DNA of 64,000 nt from Dehalococcoidia bacterium (GTDB lineage: Bacteria > Chloroflexota > Dehalococcoidia > Lucifugimonadales > VXLM01): positions 2,450,507 through 2,514,506 of the forward strand of contig OY759598.1 of NCBI GenBank assembly GCA_963662435.1, read 5' to 3'. Both the position numbers and the translations under genes were made by a program. This document shows, one piece after another, positions 9,162-19,474 of the stretch. Each line of letters starts with the position of its first letter. Position 1 is the stretch's first letter. The notes beneath the pieces were generated by a model. That model made no database searches. It saw nothing but the letters and a program-made list of their open reading frames with translations, and had not been told where the DNA came from.

Positions 9162-10750
9162 GAGGACTGTCTTCCTTTCGGGGCGTGTGTTATGTGCAGT
9201 TCGACGTTCTCCACAACTATTGGAACCCCGAGGCGCGGGTCGCGTTGTCCAAGGACGATCCGTACTTCATGGGTTCCCCGATCGGCCTGGTCCGCACGCA
9301 GCTTCCAGACCAGCCAGGCGTCTTCCGTTACGTTTGCATTGCCGCCGACCCGCCGCAGTCCAAGTTCGCCCAGCAGTTCACCGTCGAACGTGACCGATAC
9401 GACATCTTTGGGCGAGTAGTGGTCGAGATTGATCTGAAGCTCGGCAGCCGTGTCCTCTGCTGAGTCGTCGTGAACGTGGATTCGGAAGGTGGGGCCATCA
9501 CCCGTTAGTGTGCCGTACAGCGGCACGGGGATCTCGCCGAGAAGACGGTCGTCCCGCTCGGCACCGTAGCGGGTCTCCGATCGGTCGCGAATGTGCCGCT
9601 TGACCGGCGTGTAAACCGTGTCCCTTCCTGCGAGAGTATCTGGAGACCCGATAGTGGTCAGCAGACCGTTCAACGCCGCAGCGTAGTTGTGCCAGTTGAA
9701 CACGTGGACGCCTGACGCCCCGCGGTCGTAGTAGGACTTCGCCAGACCCCGCACCCATCCCTCGCGCCACCGCGACTGCTCCACCAGATGACCTCTTCCA
9801 AACTCGCCGTGGCTATCGAATCCGGGATAGAGCTTGACGTTCGTCCCCTCCATCATCTCGACGTATCGCTCGACCTCCACGCCTGGATCGTTGCCGGAAT
9901 TCGAGTTCGTCGCCAGGATGTCGGTCAGCCCCTCGTCGATCCACGTCCCAACGTCGTACCCGATGCGACGGTTGGTCTCCTCGGACGAGCCTACGCGCGT
10001 GAGTATGTAGAAGGGGCGATCTCGCTCACGCGCGATCTCGTCCGCGACTTGGCGGATGGCCCGCTGAAGATCGGTCAGAACGTACCGCAGTCGGTACGCA
10101 TCTTGTCCTGGCAGGTGGAAGGCGTGGCGCTGCCAGTCGATCTCCACGCCATCCCAGTCGGCCAGCATGCAAGCCTCCCAGATTCGTTGCAGCGCGTACT
10201 CACGCACCTCGGGAATCGCCATGTTCCACGACGTTACTGCCCAGCGCGGCGCGTTGCCGATGCCGAGCACCCACTCTGGGTGGTCCTTGCGGAACTGCGT
10301 GAGCTCAGGACGGACTGTCTTCGCCATCTCCTCCGGAGCGAGCGGGAACGCCTTTCTGGCCGAGTCCGACCAGAAATGGTTGTCGTTCATGCGGATGGAG
10401 ACGTACACGTCCATGCCAAGATCGTGTCCGCGCCGTACGATGTCCCCATACAGGTCTTCCCCACGCTCATACATTGCGCGCACACTCTCGGCCCTTCGGA
10501 ACTCCTTGACGGACCCGTACGGCCGGTCTCGCGGATCAAAGATCGACTCCAATTCGTCGGACGGCCACCGAGCCTGTTCCGCTCCCACGCACCACATGAA
10601 GGCCCCGACCTGCGTGTTCTGCAACGGCCTGTATAGCTTGTCCACCAATTCGTCGATCTGCTGGGGATACTCCGACTTGCCGTGAAACGTGCCGTCATGA
10701 TTGAACATGATGCCGTAGTCCGGCGGCGCAGGTCGTTCATTGGGGTGCAT
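9158..10750 (-). CDS. Glycoside hydrolase-like TIM-barrel protein (GHL10/DUF187-like), paralog 1
   Basis: Same motifs as 7581..9161 and alignable to it end to end. Confidence 0.65.
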   Translation of the reverse strand: MHPNERPAPPDYGIMFNHDGTFHGKSEYPQQIDELVDKLYRPLQNTQVGAFMWCVGAEQARWPSDELESIFDPRDRPYGSVKEFRRAESVRAMYERGEDLYGDIVRRGHDLGMDVYVSIRMNDNHFWSDSARKAFPLAPEEMAKTVRPELTQFRKDHPEWVLGIGNAPRWAVTSWNMAIPEVREYALQRIWEACMLADWDGVEIDWQRHAFHLPGQDAYRLRYVLTDLQRAIRQVADEIARERDRPFYILTRVGSSEETNRRIGYDVGTWIDEGLTDILATNSNSGNDPGVEVERYVEMMEGTNVKLYPGFDSHGEFGRGHLVEQSRWREGWVRGLAKSYYDRGASGVHVFNWHNYAAALNGLLTTIGSPDTLAGRDTVYTPVKRHIRDRSETRYGAERDDRLLGEIPVPLYGTLTGDGPTFRIHVHDDSAEDTAAELQINLDHYSPKDVVSVTFDGELLGELGLRRVGGNANVTEDAWLVWKLRADQADRGTHEVRIVLGQRDPRLGVPIVVENVELHITHAPKGRQSS

Positions 10751-10902
10751 AGCGCCACAAAGGATAGCAGATTACGGCGACCCGTCCCCGTACGCACGGA
10801 TACCCTTCAAGTTACTCTGTGCGATTGTGGTATAGTTTCGCGACCACGCTGCTGTTACGGAGACAGATCTTGGCACAAGGATTCGCTCCATGGCGGGGCT
10901 TC

Positions 10903-12030
10903 ATGGAGCTTTCGCCGAACCATCGCAAGCGCTTGGTCCTCGTCGTCGCGTGCGTGGTCGTCGTGTTCCTGCTCCTGTATATCGCCCGCGGCGCTCTGTT
11001 CCCCTTCATCATCAGCGGCGTCCTTGCCTACGTCCTGTTCCCTGCGGTCAAGGCCTTCGAGAAGATCATGCCTTGGCGCAGCAGGCATCCCGATGCCTCA
11101 CGGATCCTCGCGATATCTATAATTTACATCGCCGTTTTGGTCCTTTTCATTGAGATGCTCGCTCTTACTATTCCACCCGTCGTAAGACAGTCAACACACC
11201 TCATCGAGAATCTCCCGGACATCTATAACGAGGCCAGGCAGGCGACCGAAGACCTTGCCGAGAGATACTTCGAGAACATTCCCCAAGACGTGCGGGACAA
11301 GGCCGAAGAGATCTTGGCCGACCTCGGAGACACCCTTCTCTCCGTCGCCCAGGCTGCCCTCACGAAGACCCTGCAGACGGTCGCCAACACGTTCAGCTTC
11401 ATCATCGGCCTAGCTATCGTGCCCGTTTTGCTCTTCTACTTGTTAAAGGACGGGGAAAGGCTCGTGGCCTCGTCTCTGAGCATATTCCCGAAGAATGCGA
11501 GGGGTCACGCCAAGGAAGTCGTCCGAATCGTGAACGAGTCGCTCGGCGCATACATTCGTGCCCAACTGCTGCTGATGCTGTTTGTGGGACTGATCGTGTT
11601 CGTAGGACTCTTGCTGCTGGATATCGAGTTCGCCGTGCTGCTGGGAATCATCGCCGGGATAACCGAGGCGATCCCGGTCGTAGGCCCGATCATTGGCGCG
11701 GTGCCGGGAATAATCGTCACCCTCGCCACGGACCCGGAGAAGATCGTGTGGGTTCTGGCGCTCTACCTCGGCTCTCAGCTCCTCGAAAACTCGCTTCTCG
11801 TCCCGCGCATTCAGGGCAACGCCGTTCACATGCACCCCGTCGTAATCATGGCCCTCTTGATCATCGCCAGCGAAACTTTCGGTGTGATCGGGGTCGTGGC
11901 AGCGGTCCCGGCAGCCAGCGTTGCGCGCGAGGTCTTCAAGTACTTCTATGGCGTCTGGAGCGACAACCCGCCTAAGGTACCCCTCGAAGAGGCCGTTGAG
12001 AACGGGGACACCGGCGAAGTACAATCCTAG
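10903..12030 (+). CDS. AI-2E family transporter
   Basis: Hydrophobic protein with IPVVGPIIGAVP and QLLENSLLVPRIQG...HP motifs. Confidence 0.9.
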   Translation: MELSPNHRKRLVLVVACVVVVFLLLYIARGALFPFIISGVLAYVLFPAVKAFEKIMPWRSRHPDASRILAISIIYIAVLVLFIEMLALTIPPVVRQSTHLIENLPDIYNEARQATEDLAERYFENIPQDVRDKAEEILADLGDTLLSVAQAALTKTLQTVANTFSFIIGLAIVPVLLFYLLKDGERLVASSLSIFPKNARGHAKEVVRIVNESLGAYIRAQLLLMLFVGLIVFVGLLLLDIEFAVLLGIIAGITEAIPVVGPIIGAVPGIIVTLATDPEKIVWVLALYLGSQLLENSLLVPRIQGNAVHMHPVVIMALLIIASETFGVIGVVAAVPAASVAREVFKYFYGVWSDNPPKVPLEEAVENGDTGEVQS

Positions 12031-12058
12031 CGCCGACTCCCGGAGCGAGGAAATCAAC

Positions 12059-13540
12059 GTGACCCGTCCAAATGTCCTACTGATCTGCGCCGACCACTGG
12101 TTCGGCGACCTCATTGGGGCCCTCGGGCATCCAACGATCCTTACGCCTACACTCGACCACATCATCGGGAACGGCATCGCCTACACAAATGCGTACGCCC
12201 CCACTCCAACCTGCATTCCTGCCCGTCGAGAGCTGATGACCGGCACTCACGCCCGAACGCACGGCGACCGTGTCTTCGACGAACTGCTCCCGATGCCTGA
12301 TTTGCCCACGATGGCGCAGACTTTCCGAGACAACGGGTACCAGGCGTACGGGGTCGGAAAGCTCCACGTCTACCCGCAGCGTGATCGGATCGGCTTCGAC
12401 GATGTGCTCCTGCTGGAAGAGGGACGTCACCAGTTCGGGATGGGGAAGGATGACTACGAGCTGTTTCTCCAAGACGAGGGGTACGCCGGGCAGGAGTACG
12501 GGCACGGAGCCGCGAACAACGAGTACATGGTTAGCCCCTGGCACCTGCCTGAATACCTGCACCAGACGAACTGGACCGTTCGCGAGATGTCGAAGTTCAT
12601 CGCGCGCCGCGACCCAAGGAAACCGGGTTTCTGGTACATGTCGTTCAGTCCACCGCATCCACCCCTCGCGCCGTTGCAGTCGTATCTGGATATGTACAGG
12701 GACATCGACATCGATGAGCCGTTCTACGGCGACTGGTCTGAGAACACCGAGGACTGGCCTTACGCACTGCGGGCTAGGCCCGTTAGTCGTGACACCTACT
12801 CGCCCGATGCGCTGAAGCGGGCGAGGCAGGGCTTCTACGCACTGGCTACCCACATCGATCACCAGATCAGGCTGGTAATCGGGCTGCTGCGCGAGGAGAA
12901 CCTCCTGGACAACACAGTGATCGGCTTCACGTCGGACCACGGTGACATGCTTGGCAACCACGGGCTGTTCGCCAAGAGCGTGATGTACGAGAACGCAGCC
13001 AAGATTCCGATGGTCCTCATGCCGCCGGCGGACAGGGACGACCTCGGGCGGAACGTCCACGACGACCGTCTCGCCGTGCAGGCGGACGTGTTCCCGACGC
13101 TGGCCGACATCTGCGGCGTGCCCATACCCGATACGGTCGAGGGACTGTCTCTCGTGGGCGACGAGAGTCGGGAGTACATCTTCGGGGGACACGGGGAAGA
13201 AGACCGTCCCACTCGGATGATCCGCGAAACGCGCTACAAGCTGATCTACTACCCCGAGGGGAACGTGACGCAGCTATTCGATCTACACGACGACCCGCGC
13301 GAGACTCGCGACCTTTCCAAAGATCCTGGTCACGCGAGGGTCATGTCTCGAATGACGGAATTGCTCATTGAGAGCATGTACGGCGGCGATAGGGAATGGG
13401 TGGAGGGAGGCAGACTGGTGGGAACGGAGGAACCGGATCCGGAGTTGACGCACCCTGCTCACAGTCGCTCCTTCGGCAACCAGCGGGGATATCGATTCGG
13501 AAATGCGGGACCCGCCTCAAACATGCCCTCGCGCCTATAG
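12059..13540 (+). CDS. Cys-type sulfatase (choline-sulfatase/arylsulfatase-like), paralog 1
   Basis: CIPAR (CxPxR), GKLH and TSDHGDMLG motifs. GTG start at 12059. Confidence 0.9.
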   Translation: MTRPNVLLICADHWFGDLIGALGHPTILTPTLDHIIGNGIAYTNAYAPTPTCIPARRELMTGTHARTHGDRVFDELLPMPDLPTMAQTFRDNGYQAYGVGKLHVYPQRDRIGFDDVLLLEEGRHQFGMGKDDYELFLQDEGYAGQEYGHGAANNEYMVSPWHLPEYLHQTNWTVREMSKFIARRDPRKPGFWYMSFSPPHPPLAPLQSYLDMYRDIDIDEPFYGDWSENTEDWPYALRARPVSRDTYSPDALKRARQGFYALATHIDHQIRLVIGLLREENLLDNTVIGFTSDHGDMLGNHGLFAKSVMYENAAKIPMVLMPPADRDDLGRNVHDDRLAVQADVFPTLADICGVPIPDTVEGLSLVGDESREYIFGGHGEEDRPTRMIRETRYKLIYYPEGNVTQLFDLHDDPRETRDLSKDPGHARVMSRMTELLIESMYGGDREWVEGGRLVGTEEPDPELTHPAHSRSFGNQRGYRFGNAGPASNMPSRL

Positions 13541-13590
13541 GAAGACCTCGTTCTTCCCTTGAGGAGGACGAAAGACATACGGAGGCATAC

Positions 13591-15057
13591 GTGCCCGACA
13601 GGCCAAACGTATTGCTCATAACAGCCGATCACTGGTTCGGTCGGCTCATTGGTGCGCTGGGGCACCCGACCGTTCAGACGCCAACGCTCGACCAGCTCAT
13701 CGGGAACGGCGTGGCGTACACGAACGCCTACACTGCGACGCCATCGTGCATACCGGCGCGGCGAGAAATCATGACCGGCGTCTCGGCGAGGACCCACGGA
13801 GACCGAGTCTTCAACGAGTACCTCCCGATGCCCGACCTGCCCACGATGGCGCAGACCTTTCGGGACAACGGGTACCAGGCCTTCGGGGTCGGTAAGCTGC
13901 ACGTCTATCCGCAGCACGACCGCATCGGGTTCGACGACGTGCTGATCAATGAAGAGGGCCGCCATCACCTCGGCCTGTTGAAGGACGACTACGAGCTATT
14001 TCTCCAGGAGCAGGGCTACGCTGGGCAGGAGGCGACTCACGCGATGGGCCACAACGACTACATCGTTCGCCCCTGGCACCTGCCGGAACACCTTCATCAG
14101 ACCAACTGGACCGTCCGCCAGATGTCGCGGTACATCGCCCGTCGAGACCCCCGAAAGCCGGGGTTCTGGTACATGTCGTTCAGCGAGCCCCACCCACCGA
14201 TCGTCCCGCCGGAGCAGTTCCTGGCAATCTACCGCGACTGTGAGATCGACATGCCGTTCGTGGGCGAGTGGGCAAAAGACTGGGACTCTCTACCCAGTGG
14301 CATAAAGGCGCGAAGATGGTCGGGACGCAACCCCTACTCCGACGACGCCGTCCGAATCGCACGCCAGGGTTTCTACGCAATGTGCTCTCACCTGGACCAG
14401 CAGATTCGTCTCGTGATCGGCCTGTTGAGAGAAGAGGGCCTGCTTGACAACACGGTGGTGATGTTCTCCTCCGATCACGGCGAGATGTTGGGCAATCACG
14501 GACAATGGGCGAAGGACCTGTTTTACGAGGAGTCGGCAAAGATACCGATGGTCCTCATGCCACCTGCCAATCGAGGTGATATCGGGAAGAACGTGCTTGA
14601 CGACCGGCTCGTCGTGCAGGCGGACATCTTCCCTACCCTCGCGGACATCTGCGGCGTCCCCATCCCGGATACGGTCGAGGGGTTGTCGATGGTCGGCGAA
14701 AGGAAGCGGGACTATATATACGGCGAGCACTGGGAAAACGAAACGGCCTCCCGGATGATACGAGACGAGCGTTACAAACTGATCTACTACCCGCTCGGCA
14801 ATCACTTCCAGTTGTTCGATCTCGATTCAGACCCCGACGAACTCCACGACCTGGCGGCTGACCCTTCATTGGGCCATGTGAAGGAGCGGCTTACCGGTCT
14901 TCTGATTGAGAACCTGTATGGAAGCGATCTCGAATACCTACAGAATGGGAACCTGATTGGAGTCCCCGACGACGATTTCCATTCCCGCGGCTTCGATCGG
15001 AATTTCGGCGGACAGCGTGGCTGGCGATTCGGCACGAGCGGCAAGGCAACATACTGA
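13591..15057 (+). CDS. Cys-type sulfatase, paralog 2
   Basis: CIPAR, GKLH and SSDHGEMLG motifs. GGAGG RBS before GTG 13591. Closely similar to the upstream gene. Confidence 0.9.
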   Translation: MPDRPNVLLITADHWFGRLIGALGHPTVQTPTLDQLIGNGVAYTNAYTATPSCIPARREIMTGVSARTHGDRVFNEYLPMPDLPTMAQTFRDNGYQAFGVGKLHVYPQHDRIGFDDVLINEEGRHHLGLLKDDYELFLQEQGYAGQEATHAMGHNDYIVRPWHLPEHLHQTNWTVRQMSRYIARRDPRKPGFWYMSFSEPHPPIVPPEQFLAIYRDCEIDMPFVGEWAKDWDSLPSGIKARRWSGRNPYSDDAVRIARQGFYAMCSHLDQQIRLVIGLLREEGLLDNTVVMFSSDHGEMLGNHGQWAKDLFYEESAKIPMVLMPPANRGDIGKNVLDDRLVVQADIFPTLADICGVPIPDTVEGLSMVGERKRDYIYGEHWENETASRMIRDERYKLIYYPLGNHFQLFDLDSDPDELHDLAADPSLGHVKERLTGLLIENLYGSDLEYLQNGNLIGVPDDDFHSRGFDRNFGGQRGWRFGTSGKATY

Positions 15058-15204
15058 TTGGTGCCTACGAATTCCTCCCCATCCGACAAAATTCAGAATG
15101 GAATTCCTTGGCGTAGTTGAAAATGTCGGACAGCCTCCTTGTACAATGCGGGCAGACTGGTAAAATACGATGATGACGCGAATGTCTCGCAGGAGGGAAC
15201 TGTC

Positions 15205-16605
15205 ATGGCAACCGCGACCGCCGACCTCGACCTTTACGCCCACCTGATGCGCCGCGCCGGATTCGGCGCCCGCCTCGACGAACTGGAAGTGCTCGCGTCA
15301 CGTCCTTACGAGGACGTCGTTGAGGACTTGCTCCACCCCGAACGGTTTCCCGACGTGGAGATCGACATTATCGAGCGCTTCTACAGCACCGGCAACGCGG
15401 GGTACGGCCCCATCTGGTGGTCGCGTATGTTCAACTCGCGCCGCCAGCTCGAAGAGAAGATGACGCTGTTCTGGCACCACATCTTCGCTACGGGACAGTC
15501 AAAGTCCGCCCACAACCCGTCGGCGCAGGCCCAGATCAATATGTTCCGTCGCTTGGGGATGACGGATATCCGAACACTACTCATCGAGCTCTCGAAAGAC
15601 CCCGCGATGATCTTCTGGCTCGACAACAACGAGAACCTCAAAGACGAGCCAAACGAGAACTACGGGCGGGAACTGCTCGAGCTATTCTCCATGGGGGTCG
15701 GCAACTACACTGAGGAGGACGTAAAGGCCGCAGCCTACGCCTTCACGGGCTGGACGCTCGAAACGCCGATTCCGGGGGCGGGCAGCAAGTACGGCGGCTA
15801 CCACTCCAAGTTCGTGTATTTGGAAGAAGAGCACGACCACTCCGACAAGGAATTCCTGGGAGAGACCGGCGACTGGGACGGCTATGACGTCGTGGATATC
15901 ATAGTAAAACAGCCGGCAGCAGCGCGGTTCATTTCGAGGCACATGTACAACTACTTTGTGGCGGACGAGCCGCCCGTCTCAAATTGGAACGAGACACCAC
16001 CAAAGGACCCCGAAGCCATCAACGCCCTCTCGGAGGCCTACCTGAACTCGGAAGGCGATATCCGTTCCATGCTCCGCGTGCTGTTCAACTCGGACTTCTT
16101 CAAAGAGGCCCGCTACATGCGGGTGAAGACACCGACGGAACTCGTCACCGCCGTCGTCAAACTGACCGGCGAGCACCAGGAGATTGAGATAGGTATGTCC
16201 AGGGTCACGGGCGCGTCCGGCTCGATGGGACAGTCGCTAATGAATCCCCTGACGGTCGAGGGCTGGCCTTTCGGCGCGGGCTGGATTGACGGCGGCACGC
16301 TGAACGAGCGGGTCAACTTCGCCGTCGACGAGTTGAACGACTCTGACAAGCCGGGCATCCGGCTCATCATCAACCGGCTGCGAGAGATCGGTCACTCCCT
16401 GTCACCCGCCGAGTTCGTCGGCGAGTGCGTTCAGATAGTGCGTCCTGCTCCTCTCAGCAAGGAGAGCATTCTTGGACTTCTCAACTACGCCGAGCAGGGC
16501 CAAGACCTAGACCTGAGTGACGAATCGAAGCGCGAGACTAATGAGTTCCGCGTTCTGAGAATGATCCAACTGATTGTTGCGACGCGAGAGTATCAGCTGA
16601 ATTAG
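15205..16605 (+). CDS. DUF1800 family protein
   Basis: HLMRRAGFG, LEEKMTLFWHHIFAT and PNENYGRELLELFSMG motifs. Confidence 0.9.
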   Translation: MATATADLDLYAHLMRRAGFGARLDELEVLASRPYEDVVEDLLHPERFPDVEIDIIERFYSTGNAGYGPIWWSRMFNSRRQLEEKMTLFWHHIFATGQSKSAHNPSAQAQINMFRRLGMTDIRTLLIELSKDPAMIFWLDNNENLKDEPNENYGRELLELFSMGVGNYTEEDVKAAAYAFTGWTLETPIPGAGSKYGGYHSKFVYLEEEHDHSDKEFLGETGDWDGYDVVDIIVKQPAAARFISRHMYNYFVADEPPVSNWNETPPKDPEAINALSEAYLNSEGDIRSMLRVLFNSDFFKEARYMRVKTPTELVTAVVKLTGEHQEIEIGMSRVTGASGSMGQSLMNPLTVEGWPFGAGWIDGGTLNERVNFAVDELNDSDKPGIRLIINRLREIGHSLSPAEFVGECVQIVRPAPLSKESILGLLNYAEQGQDLDLSDESKRETNEFRVLRMIQLIVATREYQLN

Positions 16606-16655
16606 AGGAAGGATCACCCGTCAATGTGACGAGGTAGACAGCAAGGAGGGCCAAC

Positions 16656-17699
16656 ATGCGACCTTACGGACTTCTGAGAGCAGGATTCCCCTATCTCAAG
16701 ACTATCGGCGAGTTCATGCGGATGCACTTCCCCACAGACGTGGCCCCCGCGCGCGACGGTCGGCTGTACGTCATCGGCAAGGGCAGCATGTACACCAAGG
16801 GCAAGTCGGGCCCCATCCTCGTCACCAACATCGAGGACGACAACCTCGGCAGCTTCGGTTGGAAGTCGTACGAGGAAAGCGTCGCGGACGCCTGCTTCAT
16901 GTGGCCGATGGCAATCCGGCTCGATGTCGAACAGCGGGAACTCTACATCTCCGACAGCGCCACACATCGTATATCAGGCTTCACCACCGACGGCGAGTAC
17001 CTCGGTAGATGGGGCGAACACGGCAGCGGCGAGGGGCAGCTTGACCGACCCTCAGGGCTGGCCATCGACGGCGAAGACCTCCTCTACGTGGTCGACTCGA
17101 TGAATCATCGAGTCCAGAAATACACGAAGGACGGACGCTACATCTCCCACTTCGGCGAATTCGGGGACGGACCCGGACAGTTCAATGCGCCTTGGGGCAT
17201 TACCATCGACGAAGAGGGTACGATCTACGTTGCCGACTGGCGAAACGACCGGATCCAGCTATTCTCACCGGACGGCGAGTTCATTCGCATGTTCGGCACG
17301 TCCGGCCACGAAGACGGCGAGCTATACCGTCCTGCCGGCGTCGCGGTCGACATGCACGGCGACATCTACGTGTGCGACTGGGGCAATAACCGCGTCCAGC
17401 TATTCGCGCCGGACGGTCACTTCGTGCAGAAGTTTGTAGGCGACGCGACCATGTCGAGAGCCAACCTGGAGAGAATGCTCACTCGCACCGCCAAGCTCCG
17501 CCGGATGCGCGAGACGGCCGCATACGAGCCGGAGAAATACTTCGCTCGTCCTCGCTCCGTCCGCGTCGACGAGCAGGGTCACATGTACGTGCCCGACTAC
17601 GAGCACTATCGCATCCAGATCTACAAGAAGGAAGCCTACGTGATGGATGAGGCGGGGATGACACCGCCCTTCCGCGTCCCGACGCTGAACTACATGTAG
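16656..17699 (+). CDS. NHL-repeat beta-propeller protein
   Basis: Repeated G.G.GQ..P.G.A.D..G.IYV.D..N.R.Q.F units. Confidence 0.9.
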   Translation: MRPYGLLRAGFPYLKTIGEFMRMHFPTDVAPARDGRLYVIGKGSMYTKGKSGPILVTNIEDDNLGSFGWKSYEESVADACFMWPMAIRLDVEQRELYISDSATHRISGFTTDGEYLGRWGEHGSGEGQLDRPSGLAIDGEDLLYVVDSMNHRVQKYTKDGRYISHFGEFGDGPGQFNAPWGITIDEEGTIYVADWRNDRIQLFSPDGEFIRMFGTSGHEDGELYRPAGVAVDMHGDIYVCDWGNNRVQLFAPDGHFVQKFVGDATMSRANLERMLTRTAKLRRMRETAAYEPEKYFARPRSVRVDEQGHMYVPDYEHYRIQIYKKEAYVMDEAGMTPPFRVPTLNYM

Positions 17700-17745
17700 G
17701 AACTTTCTGCTTCGTTCAGCGTTTCCAAGTGAATAGAGGGTGTAT

Positions 17746-17776
17746 TCGGCCTCTTCCTCGGTAAGGGAGAGGCCGA
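17746..17776 (+). terminator. Hairpin after the NHL gene, possible terminator
   Basis: TCGGCCTCTTCCT...AGGGAGAGGCCGA stem with a weak U-tract. Confidence 0.45.
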
Positions 17777-17908
17777 TTGGTGTACTCCGCCTCTGTGAAC
17801 TCCGCTGCCGATTCCAGAGTTCACGAAGACCTTCATACCATCTTCAAACATGGGCGGTATAGTGGAATCACGCAGAGGTGAGATGAATACTTATCGGAGG
17901 TGGATCGT

Positions 17909-18628
17909 ATGAAGAAACTCTTAGTTGGCCTGGCAGCCGCCATCGTGGTGGTTCTGGGCTTGGCTGGCGGCACGGTGCTGGCGCAAAGTGCCGACGAGGA
18001 CGGAGAGAAGAAGACCTTCGCGGAACGGGTGGCCGAGATACTCGGCCTCGAAAGCGATACCGTCGAAGACGCCTTGAACCAGGCCAAGTCGGAAATGCAG
18101 GATGAGCGTACCGATGCATGGCTTGAGGACGCGGTCGAGGCGGAGAAGATCACCCAGGAAGAGGCGGACTCCTACAGTGAATGGCTGGACGACCGACCGG
18201 AAGGCGTCGGGGAATGGCTCCACTTCAGCTACAACCCCAACGCACGTGAGGAGCTCGAAGCCAAGCTCGACGAGGCGGTCGATGCTGAGAAGATCACGCA
18301 GGAACAGGCGGATGCCGCCCTCGAACGGTTCGACGAAAAAGTGGCAGAGATGGACGAGAACTTCAAGGCCGCGGTTGACAAGGCCGTAGAGGCCGAGAAG
18401 ATGACGCAGGACGAGGCCGACTCGCTCACCGAGTGGTACGACGAGAAGCCCGACGGCGTCTGGGCCGGCTACGGCGGTCGCGGAAAGTTCGGGCACGGTA
18501 GGTCATTCGGACACGGAAAGTTCCGTGGTAAGGGAAGCTTCCACGGCAAATCGAGAGGCGGCTGGTACATGGACAAGGACAGCAAGAGCACGGACGCCGC
18601 TCCCGCCATAGAAGGTTCATCGGCTTAA
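17909..18628 (+). CDS. Secreted acidic helical-repeat protein
   Basis: GGAGG RBS and signal peptide MKKLLVG...VLA. Three AVEAEK(I/M)TQ(E/D)xAD-like repeats and a Gly/Arg/His-rich tail. Confidence 0.75.
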   Translation: MKKLLVGLAAAIVVVLGLAGGTVLAQSADEDGEKKTFAERVAEILGLESDTVEDALNQAKSEMQDERTDAWLEDAVEAEKITQEEADSYSEWLDDRPEGVGEWLHFSYNPNAREELEAKLDEAVDAEKITQEQADAALERFDEKVAEMDENFKAAVDKAVEAEKMTQDEADSLTEWYDEKPDGVWAGYGGRGKFGHGRSFGHGKFRGKGSFHGKSRGGWYMDKDSKSTDAAPAIEGSSA

Positions 18629-18701
18629 GATTAGCGAAGCGCGGACTCACCGAGTGGGAGTCTAATGGGTGAACACACCTCCCAGTAGGCACCCTCTGAA
18701 G

Positions 18702-18748
18702 GACGTGGAGGCGGCGGGCGAATGCAAACTCCCTTGCGGCCTCCACGT
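18702..18748 (+). terminator. Hairpin between the secreted-protein gene and the response regulator
   Basis: ACGTGGAGGC...GCCTCCACGT inverted repeat followed by TT. Confidence 0.4.
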
Positions 18749-18781
18749 TTCAAGTCATTGCAGTCTTAAGGAGGACACAGG

Positions 18782-19474
18782 TTGGAAACGACGGTCTTGC
18801 TTGTGGAAGACGACCCCGGCGTCGTTGAAATAGCCAGTACATATCTTGCTCATGACGGCCACAACGTCCTGGTTGCCAACGACGGCCTGGAGGGCCTCCG
18901 CCTTGCACGTGAGAACGACCCCGATCTGCTCGTGCTCGATCTCATGCTTCCTAAGCTCAACGGTGAGGAGGTCTGCCGAGTGCTCCGAGAGGAATCGGAC
19001 GTTCCCATCGTCATGCTTACCGCTCGATACAGTGAAGAGGACCGGCTTGCCGGCCTCGACCTGGGTGCGGACGACTACATCACCAAGCCGTACAGCCCCA
19101 GGGAGCTGTGCGCTCGCGTCAGGGCCGTGTTGCGCCGGGTGGCAAGACAGGATGGTGAGGAACAGGGAGCGGTCATCAAGTACCGTGATGTCACAGTCGA
19201 CCAGGACCAACGCATGGCGTCAATTGGCGAACGTGAGCTTACGCTAACACCAACCGAGTTTCGTCTCTTGGTTATGTTCGTGAGCGATCCCGGCAGGACA
19301 TTTACTCGCGACCAGATCATCGACGGGGCATTCGGATACGACTTCGACGGATTCGACCGAACGGTCGACGCCCACGTTTCCCACCTGAGGAGGAAGCTCG
19401 AAGCCGGGGGCGAACCGCGATATATACATACGGTCTATGAGGTAGGCTACAGGTTCGGCGATGCAAAGATTTAG
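18782..19474 (+). CDS. OmpR/PhoB family response regulator
   Basis: Receiver domain (VEDD, LDLMLP, DDYITKP) and winged helix (RTVDAHVSHLRRKL, TVYEVGYRF). Confidence 0.95.
   Translation: METTVLLVEDDPGVVEIASTYLAHDGHNVLVANDGLEGLRLARENDPDLLVLDLMLPKLNGEEVCRVLREESDVPIVMLTARYSEEDRLAGLDLGADDYITKPYSPRELCARVRAVLRRVARQDGEEQGAVIKYRDVTVDQDQRMASIGERELTLTPTEFRLLVMFVSDPGRTFTRDQIIDGAFGYDFDGFDRTVDAHVSHLRRKLEAGGEPRYIHTVYEVGYRFGDAKI

Noticed and set aside
7581..15057. Diversity-generating retroelement or assembly duplication behind the paralog pairs
   Set aside because: No reverse transcriptase, and the paralogs differ throughout rather than only at adenines.
18630..18750. Riboswitch between the secreted-protein gene and the response regulator
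   Set aside because: Hairpins are present but I recognise no aptamer consensus. An Rfam search would settle it.
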